A stretch of DNA of 64,000 nt, from positions 2,240,001 through 2,304,000 of the forward strand of contig CBDDIJ010000003.1 in NCBI GenBank assembly GCA_965228855.1, written 5' to 3'. This document shows, in pieces, positions 1 to 10,790 of the stretch; the first letter of the stretch is position 1, and each line of letters begins with the position of its first letter. A program made the position numbers and the translations under genes. A model generated the notes under the pieces. It searched no databases, was not told where the DNA came from, and saw only the letters and a program-made list of their open reading frames with translations. The DNA comes from Candidatus Obscuribacterales bacterium (GTDB lineage Bacteria; Cyanobacteriota; Vampirovibrionia; Obscuribacterales; Obscuribacteraceae).

Positions 1-165
1 ATTTGGAAAATCTATCTTCGTGCCCTTGTCCGATGCCGTCTTTTCAGCACGCATCGAATCCCAGGTCTCCGCCGACAGGTTTTTAGGCTCGCCCTCTTCA
101 GAAGACTCCGAGCTTGCGTCTCGGTGAGACTTATGATGAATTTCCGTTTCATTGCTTCTTGGCAT
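1..165 (-). CDS. Hypothetical protein, N-terminal part (runs off the left edge)
   Basis: Own translation from ATG at 165: MPRSNETEIHHKSHRDASSESSEEGEPKNLSAETWDSMRAEKTASDKGTKIDFPN..., open to position 1; same strand as the neighbouring genes. Confidence 0.45.
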   Translation of the reverse strand, partial: MPRSNETEIHHKSHRDASSESSEEGEPKNLSAETWDSMRAEKTASDKGTKIDFPN

Positions 166-331
166 AGCGTTTCCCGGGCGGTCAGCAGCGACATCGCAAT
201 CACCTTATTCCCGCTCCAAGAAGTCGTTAAACGCTGTCCAGCGCTGACTCAAGCCGAAATCCGGCGTCAAAAGAACTCGGCGAAAAGGTCGCAACTCAGG
301 CTCCCAAACTCAGCGTTTCGGCCGGCTCTAA

Positions 332-1177
332 CTAGAATTGCCGCACTACCGGCAACTTCAAATTCCGCCGCAAAACCATTATGTCAAGACACTCTTCGAC
401 TGTTCGTTTCAAGTTGCCCTGACTTACGTCTTGCACACTAATTGAAGGAGAATACCGCAGACACCCGAGATACGGGACGCCTGTTCCTGTGATCATAAAC
501 AGCTCGAAGTCGTCCTTGGATATGTACCGGTCCATGACCTGTGCTTCAAGGACATTAGTTTCAACCGTCGCCAGCGATAGAACTTGAATGCCGCCACTCT
601 GCAGGTAGTTGAGAGACAAAGAGAGTTTTTCCAGAGCATCTGGAGCATGTTTCGCTACGAGAATAACGGGATAACCGAGGGACCTGATCAAATCCGTCGT
701 TGTATACCACTCATGCGTGAGCTTGTTGAATCCATCCTTTTCGAAACTCAGCGGAGTTGCAACGGTCGTCGGCAGCTCGATAAAGGTTACAGCATCACGG
801 GCGGTGCCCGTCATGATTATTTGATCCCACTCCGATTGACTTAAGGTCGGAGGAAACGACAAATGTATTGACGGATAGTCAACTGGCGTTCTGGTGATGT
901 TGCTGATGAACGAATACTCCGGCGAACTCTTCTGATAGCGAGAGTAAGTCACAGGTTTGACGGCGCGAACCTTTCCGCTATAGTCACCAAGCACTCCAGC
1001 AATGCCAGACATTAAGACTGTCTTTCCGCATCCAGGCTCGGTCCCCACAATGCAGACACCAGAGTGCAAGCCTGTTTTCTTGGTGTCGTAGATCGATCGA
1101 CAGTTGTTAAAGAAAGACTCCTGGAGGGCATCTCCATGGTTGTCGTCGAAGAAAAATGAGTTGTGGTTAGTAGACAT
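332..1177 (-). CDS. Dethiobiotin synthase-like P-loop ATPase (BioD/AAA_26-like, divergent)
   Basis: VCIVGTEPGCGKTV P-loop, AVKPV motif and DLIRSLGYPVILVA segment resemble BioD; the usual EGAGG motif is replaced by ELPTT. Confidence 0.65.
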   Translation of the reverse strand: MSTNHNSFFFDDNHGDALQESFFNNCRSIYDTKKTGLHSGVCIVGTEPGCGKTVLMSGIAGVLGDYSGKVRAVKPVTYSRYQKSSPEYSFISNITRTPVDYPSIHLSFPPTLSQSEWDQIIMTGTARDAVTFIELPTTVATPLSFEKDGFNKLTHEWYTTTDLIRSLGYPVILVAKHAPDALEKLSLSLNYLQSGGIQVLSLATVETNVLEAQVMDRYISKDDFELFMITGTGVPYLGCLRYSPSISVQDVSQGNLKRTVEECLDIMVLRRNLKLPVVRQF

Positions 1178-1335
1178 GGCGAAACTATACTACAAGTGGT
1201 GCCCCCATGCAGAGCAGTTTTTGCCCGAAAGAGATCGAGAGCAGGCTTTTTGGAACCTGCTCTCGAAATTTACATCAATTGTTATTGGACGTATTTATCA
1301 GCTCACTCATTCAGGAATCCGTTCCTGACAAGCAA

Positions 1336-4300
1336 TTATTTCATCGCTGTTACGCTTGGCTCTGAGTAGACTCGGAAGTCACCGTTTCCACCGATGTGCA
1401 TGAGAACTGCAGACGTCTTCATGAGCTTGTTGCTCATGCGGCGGGCATTATCATGCTTGGAACTCATGATTTCCTTTAACGGCTTAACCGAACCGATTGC
1501 ATGCAGAGTGGCAAACTCCGCATTGAATGCTTTGATACCATTACCATGATTGACGGCGGCTACAGACTTGTAACCGACGCTTTCCATCGGGTTCACGCGC
1601 TCGAAGCCATGATTAGAGCGGGTGGTGAGTACCGTGCAGCGACCAGGGCTCAAAGTCGTAGCTCTGGCTCCGGCGGTGACGCGCACGGACCCCTTACGCT
1701 CATCGTGCAGGTCATAGACACCGAGCCTGGTGCCATCAAGCACCACTAGCGCCACCGAGCCTTTCGAGACTTCAATTGTGCCCATCGGCGTTTCAATGCG
1801 AGTATCCTTCGCTGGAGCTAGAACGATGGTTCCTTGACGGAGTTTCGCGACTTCAGTGGATGTGACACCAGGCGCGCTACCATTGCCTGTTCCGGTCGCT
1901 CCAATCGTCGAACCTGAGATACCACTGTTTGCGGAGCTACCACTTAGCATCGTTGCCGAGCCGAGCCCCAGATCTTCGTCGCTCCAAACATAGGCATCAG
2001 TGAGGTAGTCACAGGCGGTTGAAACCGCTTCAGACGTCTGCACTGCCGATGACAAACCAACCACACTATTTTCAGCCTGCGCGGTATTGCTGACGGTGCT
2101 GAGCAAGTCAGTCGGCAGCGGCGAGATGTGCTGGGAGTTGAAAGTGGAACCGATGCTCGAGTTCGCAGAACTCAAATTCAGCGGAGCAGAATCTGAGGCG
2201 ACAAAGGTCTCTGTCGCTGGTTGAGCTAGCAATGATGGCATGATGGCCGCGGCAGAACGACTCGGAGGGTCAGCTTCCACAACGACGTTGCCGCCGAAGA
2301 TGATTTTCTGTGTCGAAGGATTCGCCGATCCATTATTGATGATGACGTCCTTGTTCGTACCACGCGTTTCATTCGACCCGACGACCGTGAATCCGGAAGC
2401 AGCACTGAAATAAGACTGACCCTTGCCAGTGTTGTTCACAGTGACACCAGACGGCGGAGTCGTGTTTGTTGGCTTCTTCGGAGGAGCGCCAATCGCAATG
2501 TTGACGTCCTTGCCTTTGCCTTGGGTTTCAATAACCGTATTGGCACCCAAATTGATATTTCCGGTGGTTATGTCGGTGTTAATCAATGTCAGCGCACCAT
2601 TATTGGCGGTGATTACCGAACCATCGTTAACGGTCAAACCTCCGGTTGCAGCCGTCACTGAGATGCTGCCTTTTGCAGTGTCGATGTCGTTTAGAGTGAC
2701 ACCGGCTGCGGTTGTGAGTGTGAAGCTGCCACCGGCACTGGAGTCATTAACAACTAGAGGCGTGGCTCTCTGGCTCGTGAGATTTACATTACCAGAGGTT
2801 TCAGCGTCAACACTCGCGGCTTGGAAGACAAAGCTCTTCTTGCCGATTGCGCCAGTATCCGCGATGAGAGTCAAGTTATTGACCGTGGTCAAGACCACAT
2901 TTTTCCCTGTCAGAAGCGTACCTTTGCCGCCCGCAGTAAACTTCACGTTTTGAGCCGACAAGATTCCAGCACTACTGTCTAGCTGAACCCCACTTCTGAC
3001 GTTCAACACTTCTATGTTGCTCGCCGTTAAACTTCCTTGCACGCCGTTCTTGGGAGTCTTACTCGCACCAATTGCGAAGTTTTTCGAATAGTTAGAGGTG
3101 AGATTAATCGAACCACCCGTACCGGATGCATCAATTCCACCGCGCACGACCAGTGCGCCGGACTTCTTATCCTGGCTCGCACTTCCGGTAGTGAAACCAC
3201 CGCCAGAGAGCTCGCCGTTGAGGATACTTGGCGCACCCACAACATTTGGCGCAGTCGTACTTATCAGAACACTGCCGCCGTTGGTTCCGCTTGCATCAAT
3301 TCCGCCGACAGAAATGTTTCCAGGACCGATGATTAAGATGTCACCACCATCAGTGGCACCACTTGCATCAATGGCTCCAACTGATATGCTTCCTGCACTC
3401 TGCGTTCCATCGCTAGCAATCAGCGTGACGTTTCCGCCAGCGCCTAAACCGCCGGCAGTGTTGACAGTCACGTCAGACAGATTGATGTTTCCGCCGATCG
3501 CGCTTGGGGTAATGCTCGAATAAGTTACGGCTTCATTGCCTACGGGTCCAACTTGTCCACCGGTTGAAGGAGTGAAACTGAAACCGGCAAGGACTGTTAA
3601 CGCCCCACCAGATGCACCACCACCGAGATTTATCGTAGTGGCCGAGCCGAAGTTAACGTTACCCAGAGCGATGATTGCAAAGTTACCATTCAAAATCACA
3701 TCGCCGCTGAGGGTCACATCACCTTGAGAATTGGCAATGGTGCCGACACCTTCCGGAGCTCTGAATATGAGCGGATTTCCTACGATACTTCCGGCAAAGT
3801 CATATCTTGACGAATTCAATGTTAGCGTCTGCAATCCTTCGATGTCAGCTCCTGCCAGAACGTTGAGAGAACCGGTGTTCTCGATCACATTCATCTCAGC
3901 TTCGCTTATATAGGTTTGAGTTCCCCCAAGAGAAAGGTCGCCGTCGTTCGCTGTAAAGCGAACAAGCTGTCCTACTCCAGTAGCGTTGAAGTTTCGATTG
4001 CCACCGCTACCGTCAACAGTTAAACCGCCAGCACCAATCGGACTTGAAACATCAATTGAGTTAGCAGTCATGTCGGCCTGGGCAGTTAGCACCGTGGTCG
4101 AAACATCGATATCCCCTGATGTCGAAATATTTGCAATCACGGTGACACCCGCCAGAGCGGTTAAATCCAGTGACTGAGTTGTCCCCACAGACCCAAGTTC
4201 CATTGCTGTTGACGCATTATTCTTGAACACGAGGGCACCGCCACCGGTAGCGAACAAGGTGTTCACCGCATTGTCAGCGTTAAGATTGGCCAAACCGGTT

Positions 4301-7300
4301 AACGAGTTAACAGTTAAAAGATCCGCCGTGATGATCGCACCAGCCGTTTGAGTGATACCACTTCCAGCGCTCAGAGTAAGCTGATCGACGGAAATTGCTG
4401 AATTCAGCGCAATGGTTGTTCCAGCGTCCAGTACAAGCAAGCCGCCCTGTCCCGAGGTGCCGACCTGGACTTCAAACTGATTAGCTCCAGCACCCAGGAT
4501 GTTGGTCAATGCGCCATTCGATTCGATAGTGACGGAACCAGCCGTTCCACCACCTAGTGACGCATTAGCTCGCAGGTCAACGTTCAATCCATTGAAGTTA
4601 TAGCTGTTGGCACGAAGGGTGATCGAGCCGCCGTCTTGCGCTGTCGCGCCTTCGCCGGAAGCTTCGATAATGACTGGTCCGTTGATGAAACCTAAAGTTC
4701 CTTGGTCCGCATCAACAGTGATGTGACCTCCATCGCCTGTGTTTTGATTTTGTTGGAGAACAGTACCACTGATATTCACACCGCCGGTTCCTCTATTGAG
4801 GATATTGACAGTGCCACCATTTCCGCTGACCAAACCACCGTCCGCTTCGATATTGCCGACGCTGTTAGTGCCACCCGCTCCAATTGCCAGGACTTCAGTG
4901 CCATTTGTTTCGATTGATAGAGTACCAGCATTCCCGACAGCGTCAGGCGTGATTGATATCCCGCCAATTTGCACGTTTCTTCCGGTAAGGATAGTGACAT
5001 CGCTTCCATCAGTAGCGACCGCGGTTCCGCTTGTCATGCGAATAACCGAATTGGTCGCGGAGCCCGGACTGAAGACTCCAGAAGTCTCGCTCGCAGTGGT
5101 GCGACTGAGAGTGATACCACTACCTGCAGAGCTTGCCGCCACCGTGACAGATCCGGATCCAGTCGCTCCACCTTTAATATTGATTTGACCGTTACCTATG
5201 TTGACCGCGTTGCCGCCGTCGTTGTTAGCGCCGATGATCAGCACATCGCCATTCGTATCACTTCCACTTCCACCTGCTCTAATTGCGAAGGCGTTGTCAT
5301 CCGCGAACAGACGACCGAGACTTCCAGAGTTGCTGGCGTAGGCCACGACTGTAATATCGCCCGCGTCGCCCTGACCAGCCGTGCTGCGACTGTCAAGCCC
5401 CTGGAAGTTATTGCCGAAGTTGATGTCGCCACCACCAGCGGTGCTGCCCGTGATTGTTACGCTTGAGGAGTCCTGCGTATAGGTAGCACCAGCCACAAGC
5501 GTGATGTCACCACGGTCGCTCGCCCCGGCGGTGGTGATCGACATTGCGCCACCGTTGTTGTTGATACTGCCACCTGTGACGAACAAGATACCGCCCGAGG
5601 TAGCAACCATGTTGCCACCTCGCATATCAATTTGACCCGTCGCGGTGACAGAAATTGAGGCCGCGCTGATGCCTTTGATGTTCGCCGTAGAATTGGAATC
5701 GGTCAGACCGGCGTTGTACTGAACGCTGCCACCAGTATTGGTGACTCCCTGCATTTGCACGCCTCGACCGGCATTAGCAATCAGTTTGCCGCCAGCCATG
5801 ACGATTCCGCCTTCGCCGTTACTCTGGAAGATTTGAGAATCCGTTGCGACGCCGCCATCAAAGGTGGTGCTTATCACAGCATCAGATTTCTGAATAACAC
5901 CATTGGCTGGTGCGGCGGTGAGCATAGTCACATCTCCTGTGCCCGCCTGCCCGCCTGTCACGTCGATGTCGGCGTCGATTTGAACGCCAGTGCCGTTTCC
6001 AGCTTGTCCGGAAATCGCGGTAATGTCTCCGTTATCACCGGTGCCGTTACCACCTGTCTTCAGCGTCGCGGTACCGCCGACAAAAATGGAGTTGGAGAAG
6101 ACGTCCGTGCTGGTCATCCGAATGAGGGCGATATCACCTCCGGTACCATTGCCGCCTAAACTACGAGTGTCGATTCCAGCGAACGTATTGCCCAAACTGA
6201 TTGAAGTCGACAGGTTTGAACTTCCTGTAATCGTGACATTCACTAAGTCCTGAGAGAAAGTCGCGCCCGCTACCAGCACGACGTCGCCGCCGTTGCCCGA
6301 TGCACTGGAGGTGTTGAGAGAGGCGCCGGCATTGATGTTGGTGATGGCGCCTCCGGCGACCAATACGATGCCACCAGGAGCGGTGATGCTGGAGCGAATG
6401 TTTAAACTACCGGTCGAGGTGGCAACGACGGTTCCGTTGCCGAAGGTGTTTAGTGTACCGAGGTCTGTAAGCCCTTCAGCGGATAAACGAATCCGACCTG
6501 CACTCAACGTTGTATTCGTCAAATTCAACGTGTTACCGGATCGCATGGTTAACGTGGCGTTGCGGTCAACGTCCATCGTCAAACTGTTGTTAATACCATT
6601 GATGTTGTTGTTGGCTTGAACGGCTCCATTCGTAAAACCAACGGACGTGTAAGCACCGGTGGTTTTGCTCAGTGTCGCACCGTTAATCGGCTGTGCTGAT
6701 AACAGGAGTATATTTCCGGTTCCGCTGGTAGTGCCGTTGGTATCCCATATGCCACCAATGTTGATACCACTACCACCCTGGTCGTTACCAGCCATGACGA
6801 TAATCTCGCCATTGTTTCTTCCCGCTCCCGCGCCTTGAGAGACAACGTCAGCGCTGGTATCAACAAATACTGTTCCGCGGGTACCGGTAGCGGTTTCGCG
6901 ATAAGCGATTAAGTTGATTTGACCGCCGCTAGCATCACCAATTCCTTGAGAATCGATTTGATCGAAACCGTTGCCGAGATTGATGTTGCCGCCGGTCGAC
7001 GATGGACCCGTTATAGTTAAATTCGAAGCAGTTTCGGTAAACAATGCACCGGCAATCAACGAAATCGAACCGGCCTGCGTGAGTGCACCGGGATTGGTGT
7101 TGAAATCAAAGCCGGAATCAATGTTGACTATGTCGCGACCAGCGACGACGAGAATACCGCCTCCGCCCGAAGCTGTTGTATTCCAGCCTAGGCTGCCGCG
7201 CAAGGTGACATCCTGCGTGGAGGTGACGACAATGCTGCCACCTTGTATTGTCCGAAGCTGTACGTCAGAATCAGCTCCACTGGCGTTTATACGAACGGCT

Positions 7301-10110
7301 CCAGTCTGCGCGGTGACCGTTCCTAAATCGATGGCAAGGTTCGAACTCAGACGCCCAGATACTATGTCGACGTCTCCGCCATTAGTTTGAATTGTCGAGC
7401 TAGAACCTGATGATATACCACTATTAACAACGGCACCGCCAAGGAAGGTGCCTGATGCAATGCCGCCGTTTACCTTGGAAAGGACCGCGCCAGTAGCTGG
7501 AGTTCTTGTATGCAGGGTGACATCACCCGAACCATTGTTCGATGCGCCGCTTGTATTTACGCCATTTCCTAGAGCGATGCCTTGACCACCATCATTCCGA
7601 CCAGCAACAACAACGAAGTTGCCATTGCTACCAGTGCCGGTACCGCCTGTGGTGATATTCAGAACACTGTCGGTGAAAACGCCTCCATTAGCAGAATTAC
7701 CTGTGCTCGTATAAGCGACCAGAGTAATGTTTCCGCCACTAGCATTGAGTCCGGTGCCTCGTGAATCTAACGCAGTCAAACCGAAGGTTAGATCGACTGC
7801 TGCGTTATCCGTCGCGTTGGATGGACCAGTGACGGTAACAGTGGTAGCCGTTTGAGTGAAATTAGCACCAGACACCATAGTGATGTCTCCGCCCTGACCA
7901 ACTGCGGAAGTAGAGATGACAGAGTTGGCTGGCGGTAGAATTACCTTGATTTCCTCACCGGCAACCATCAGTATGCCACCAGGGGCGATGATGCTGTTTC
8001 TAATGTCGATGTTCTGTGTTGTGAGAAGAGTCAGACTTCCAGAGACATTGATACCGTTCCCTATCTGAATCGTGCCACCGGAAGTCACTGAATACGATCC
8101 TGCGGTAACACTGCTATTCTGAACGTTCGTTGAATCAGCAGATACGGTGACTGAGTTTCGAGCATTCAGGGTAGATGTGGCAGTAACTGAGCTTCCCGTC
8201 GTCGAACCCGGTGCAAGTGATCCGCTCGTAACCGCTCCGGTAGCATCAATTGATAGAGTGCCCACGATCTGCGGTTGACCGCCGGCTAGCAGTATATTTC
8301 CGGTTCCCGCTGTGTTATTCGTTCCTGCGCCGCTGACGTTTATCGCTCCAGTCGTGATGCTGTTGGCAAACATCGAAACAGTCCCATTGCTGAAACCGTT
8401 AGCGCCGGTAGATGTGATAGTCGTAGCGCCACCCAGGTTGATGACACCGGAGGTGGTGCCCTCGAATGCAGCGAATGTTATGTCACCGCCATTTGCGGCG
8501 GAGCTACTGGCGTTGAAAATCGGAGCAGTACCAGTGAAGGTGATGGCACCCCCGGTGGCAGATGCACCAGTCACGGTCAGCGGGCCTGTACCAGTATGCG
8601 CGGCACCAGCAATGAAGAGAATGTCCCCGCCATCGCCGGTATTCGAAGTGTCAAAGGTCAGACCACTCGCGATATTTATATTTCCTGTAGCGATATAGGT
8701 CAAGGGACCACCACCGGTCGTTTGGCTTGCGCCTACGTTAAGGTCCCCCCCGCTTTCGAACAACGGGTCGCCGCTAGTTACCGTCTCTCCTATGTTTAAC
8801 GTGGAGGTGGCATTGACTGAAGCGGTACCTGCGTAAGTGTTCACGACGCCAGTCAACTCTCCGACGCTTACGCTGACATGACCGTCGCCACCGTTCAGAT
8901 TCAAAGTCTGCGAATACCAGTCGCCACCAGATACGGTGGTATCAACTTTTTCTGTAAAACCTGCCTGCCGGAAATTGATAGCCCCATTCAGAGCATTGAT
9001 TGTTCCACCTGTATTATCAACCGAGATTGAAGCCGGCGAAGCAGTATCAAAGTTGACGTTTCCACCAGTCGAGCTAATTGAGCCGTTGTTTACGACAACC
9101 GAAGATAGCAGTGTCACATCGGATTGAGCAGACACAGAGCCGCTGTTCGCGAGCGTACCGCCAGCGGAGAGCGTTACCGTTCCATTGCTCGAAATCGAAC
9201 CAACGTTGTTCAAATCTCTATCGGCGGAAACCCTCAAATCAATCGGTACGTCGACGGCGTCATTTGCTGATGCCACCGCATCCGGTGCCTGAGTCGTAAT
9301 TGAGCCTGCGTTTGTTACATCGCGAGCACCAATGTTTGCTTTATTGTTCGCAGCATTACTGGTCAGCGCATACATGCTTCCATAGTTAACAAGCTCGCGA
9401 GTAACCTTGAAATCACTGTTTCGACCGAAGTTGCCTATAGCTTCGACGCCTTCGGAGATTGTCAACGAGGATGCTTTGATGTTGCGTCCGGCGTTGTCGA
9501 TGCTTCCGAGGTTGAAGCTTCCATCTACACCGCGTCCCGAGCCATCCACGACCAGGCTTTGCGCATCGCCATCAATCACTTGCTGAAGCGCTACGAATTC
9601 TGCAGCGGTGACTTTCGAACCACTGGTGAGTACTTTCTGCTCGCCGCCGACATTGACGGTATACGACGAAGCGTTGGAGAAGAGGTTATCTCCGAGAACG
9701 ATTGAGCGTGTGTCTGAAGTCAGATCTAACTTCAACCCTTTGGAGACGTTTCTAGTTCTACCTTTATCGGTTACAAAAGTAGTCTGCGTCTCGAATCGAG
9801 GAACAATCGGCGTGACTATCGGCTGAATTACAAACTTGTCATCAACCACGGGCGTGTATTCAAAACGCGGACCATTCGCACCACCAGCGTTTCCTCTGGC
9901 ATCTCGAATTTGCTGGACGTGGTCACGCCTCTCGGTGCGGAACATTTGGCGCAACTCTTGTCTATCCAATCCCGGGTTCGCATCACGGAAATCGCGAAAT
10001 GAAGTTCTATTCTCGTTTGCGAATGCCGGACCTGCCAGCAGCAGCGTTCCTGCCAATGCTATCTTTCCCGTTGCCAGCAGATTGCGACCTTGAGAGTCTG
10101 TGGATTTCAT
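1336..10110 (-). CDS. Giant secreted Gly/Ser/Thr/Asn-rich beta-solenoid (filamentous haemagglutinin-like) exoprotein with a FecR-like C-terminal domain
   Basis: About 2920 aa. Likely start is ATG 10110 (GAGGT RBS), followed by a signal peptide ending AGPAFA. GGxIxLxA repeats throughout. C-terminal LRQGTIVLAP..IETPMGTIEV..VRVTAG..LSPG beta domain. Confidence 0.8.
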   Translation of the reverse strand: MKSTDSQGRNLLATGKIALAGTLLLAGPAFANENRTSFRDFRDANPGLDRQELRQMFRTERRDHVQQIRDARGNAGGANGPRFEYTPVVDDKFVIQPIVTPIVPRFETQTTFVTDKGRTRNVSKGLKLDLTSDTRSIVLGDNLFSNASSYTVNVGGEQKVLTSGSKVTAAEFVALQQVIDGDAQSLVVDGSGRGVDGSFNLGSIDNAGRNIKASSLTISEGVEAIGNFGRNSDFKVTRELVNYGSMYALTSNAANNKANIGARDVTNAGSITTQAPDAVASANDAVDVPIDLRVSADRDLNNVGSISSNGTVTLSAGGTLANSGSVSAQSDVTLLSSVVVNNGSISSTGGNVNFDTASPASISVDNTGGTINALNGAINFRQAGFTEKVDTTVSGGDWYSQTLNLNGGDGHVSVSVGELTGVVNTYAGTASVNATSTLNIGETVTSGDPLFESGGDLNVGASQTTGGGPLTYIATGNINIASGLTFDTSNTGDGGDILFIAGAAHTGTGPLTVTGASATGGAITFTGTAPIFNASSSAANGGDITFAAFEGTTSGVINLGGATTITSTGANGFSNGTVSMFANSITTGAINVSGAGTNNTAGTGNILLAGGQPQIVGTLSIDATGAVTSGSLAPGSTTGSSVTATSTLNARNSVTVSADSTNVQNSSVTAGSYSVTSGGTIQIGNGINVSGSLTLLTTQNIDIRNSIIAPGGILMVAGEEIKVILPPANSVISTSAVGQGGDITMVSGANFTQTATTVTVTGPSNATDNAAVDLTFGLTALDSRGTGLNASGGNITLVAYTSTGNSANGGVFTDSVLNITTGGTGTGSNGNFVVVAGRNDGGQGIALGNGVNTSGASNNGSGDVTLHTRTPATGAVLSKVNGGIASGTFLGGAVVNSGISSGSSSTIQTNGGDVDIVSGRLSSNLAIDLGTVTAQTGAVRINASGADSDVQLRTIQGGSIVVTSTQDVTLRGSLGWNTTASGGGGILVVAGRDIVNIDSGFDFNTNPGALTQAGSISLIAGALFTETASNLTITGPSSTGGNINLGNGFDQIDSQGIGDASGGQINLIAYRETATGTRGTVFVDTSADVVSQGAGAGRNNGEIIVMAGNDQGGSGINIGGIWDTNGTTSGTGNILLLSAQPINGATLSKTTGAYTSVGFTNGAVQANNNINGINNSLTMDVDRNATLTMRSGNTLNLTNTTLSAGRIRLSAEGLTDLGTLNTFGNGTVVATSTGSLNIRSSITAPGGIVLVAGGAITNINAGASLNTSSASGNGGDVVLVAGATFSQDLVNVTITGSSNLSTSISLGNTFAGIDTRSLGGNGTGGDIALIRMTSTDVFSNSIFVGGTATLKTGGNGTGDNGDITAISGQAGNGTGVQIDADIDVTGGQAGTGDVTMLTAAPANGVIQKSDAVISTTFDGGVATDSQIFQSNGEGGIVMAGGKLIANAGRGVQMQGVTNTGGSVQYNAGLTDSNSTANIKGISAASISVTATGQIDMRGGNMVATSGGILFVTGGSINNNGGAMSITTAGASDRGDITLVAGATYTQDSSSVTITGSTAGGGDINFGNNFQGLDSRSTAGQGDAGDITVVAYASNSGSLGRLFADDNAFAIRAGGSGSDTNGDVLIIGANNDGGNAVNIGNGQINIKGGATGSGSVTVAASSAGSGITLSRTTASETSGVFSPGSATNSVIRMTSGTAVATDGSDVTILTGRNVQIGGISITPDAVGNAGTLSIETNGTEVLAIGAGGTNSVGNIEADGGLVSGNGGTVNILNRGTGGVNISGTVLQQNQNTGDGGHITVDADQGTLGFINGPVIIEASGEGATAQDGGSITLRANSYNFNGLNVDLRANASLGGGTAGSVTIESNGALTNILGAGANQFEVQVGTSGQGGLLVLDAGTTIALNSAISVDQLTLSAGSGITQTAGAIITADLLTVNSLTGLANLNADNAVNTLFATGGGALVFKNNASTAMELGSVGTTQSLDLTALAGVTVIANISTSGDIDVSTTVLTAQADMTANSIDVSSPIGAGGLTVDGSGGNRNFNATGVGQLVRFTANDGDLSLGGTQTYISEAEMNVIENTGSLNVLAGADIEGLQTLTLNSSRYDFAGSIVGNPLIFRAPEGVGTIANSQGDVTLSGDVILNGNFAIIALGNVNFGSATTINLGGGASGGALTVLAGFSFTPSTGGQVGPVGNEAVTYSSITPSAIGGNINLSDVTVNTAGGLGAGGNVTLIASDGTQSAGSISVGAIDASGATDGGDILIIGPGNISVGGIDASGTNGGSVLISTTAPNVVGAPSILNGELSGGGFTTGSASQDKKSGALVVRGGIDASGTGGSINLTSNYSKNFAIGASKTPKNGVQGSLTASNIEVLNVRSGVQLDSSAGILSAQNVKFTAGGKGTLLTGKNVVLTTVNNLTLIADTGAIGKKSFVFQAASVDAETSGNVNLTSQRATPLVVNDSSAGGSFTLTTAAGVTLNDIDTAKGSISVTAATGGLTVNDGSVITANNGALTLINTDITTGNINLGANTVIETQGKGKDVNIAIGAPPKKPTNTTPPSGVTVNNTGKGQSYFSAASGFTVVGSNETRGTNKDVIINNGSANPSTQKIIFGGNVVVEADPPSRSAAAIMPSLLAQPATETFVASDSAPLNLSSANSSIGSTFNSQHISPLPTDLLSTVSNTAQAENSVVGLSSAVQTSEAVSTACDYLTDAYVWSDEDLGLGSATMLSGSSANSGISGSTIGATGTGNGSAPGVTSTEVAKLRQGTIVLAPAKDTRIETPMGTIEVSKGSVALVVLDGTRLGVYDLHDERKGSVRVTAGARATTLSPGRCTVLTTRSNHGFERVNPMESVGYKSVAAVNHGNGIKAFNAEFATLHAIGSVKPLKEIMSSKHDNARRMSNKLMKTSAVLMHIGGNGDFRVYSEPSVTAMK

Positions 10111-10704
10111 ACGCCATACCTCGATAACAATATTGAGCGAAGGGATTCCGGGATGCGAAAAGGTTCCAAAGCAAGACAACAGGCGCACCACCTATGGTGC
10201 CCTGTCACCGCAAATTTCATTACATATAAAGTACGGAGAAAAGCGTATCACGCAGATCCGCACACTGTCCACGCTGCGGGCTTGAGAGCAGGTTCACAAG
10301 AAGCACGGTCACAAAACCGTCACATCCGATCCACGTTCAGTTTCCCGATACTTGCTGTAGCCATTTGGCTATTCTAAAAGTTATGCAATAAACGTTACTT
10401 CGCCAACAGTAGCGCAATTCCGGACTTTACGAAGCGCATCAGTCAACGAAGGGAAGACACCAAATTGGCACCAAATTGTTCATACCAAACACTTAGCGCA
10501 CGGAATGTTGTCGAACAACATTTCGACAACGCGACTAACCGCTTACAACAGACCGATTATTGGATAATGCTGACCGAGAAGACCCGGCTGCTCTATGCGA
10601 GTATTCAGGCTCCGCAAACTAGTAAAAGCGTCGCCGAGGCGACGCTTTCCTAATTGACAATCCGATTATTTCAATTCAGCCGGTTACTTGGCAGCGCCGG
10701 CAAA

Positions 10705-10790
10705 GCAACTGACGTTTCACTCACTTAACCGCGCGTTGCATAGCAACTGACGTTTCAATCACTTAGCCGCGCGTTGCATCGCAACTGACG
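10705..10790. repeat. 38-bp tandem repeat (about 2.3 copies) overlapping the ctpA stop codon
   Basis: GCAACTGACG at 10705, 10743 and 10781; unit GCAACTGACGTTTCA(C/A)TCACTTA(A/G)CCGCGCGTTGCAT(A/C). Confidence 0.9.

Noticed and set aside
1501..10093. Numerous plus-strand ORFs within the giant gene
   Set aside because: Antisense shadows of a gene with biased codon usage; no motifs
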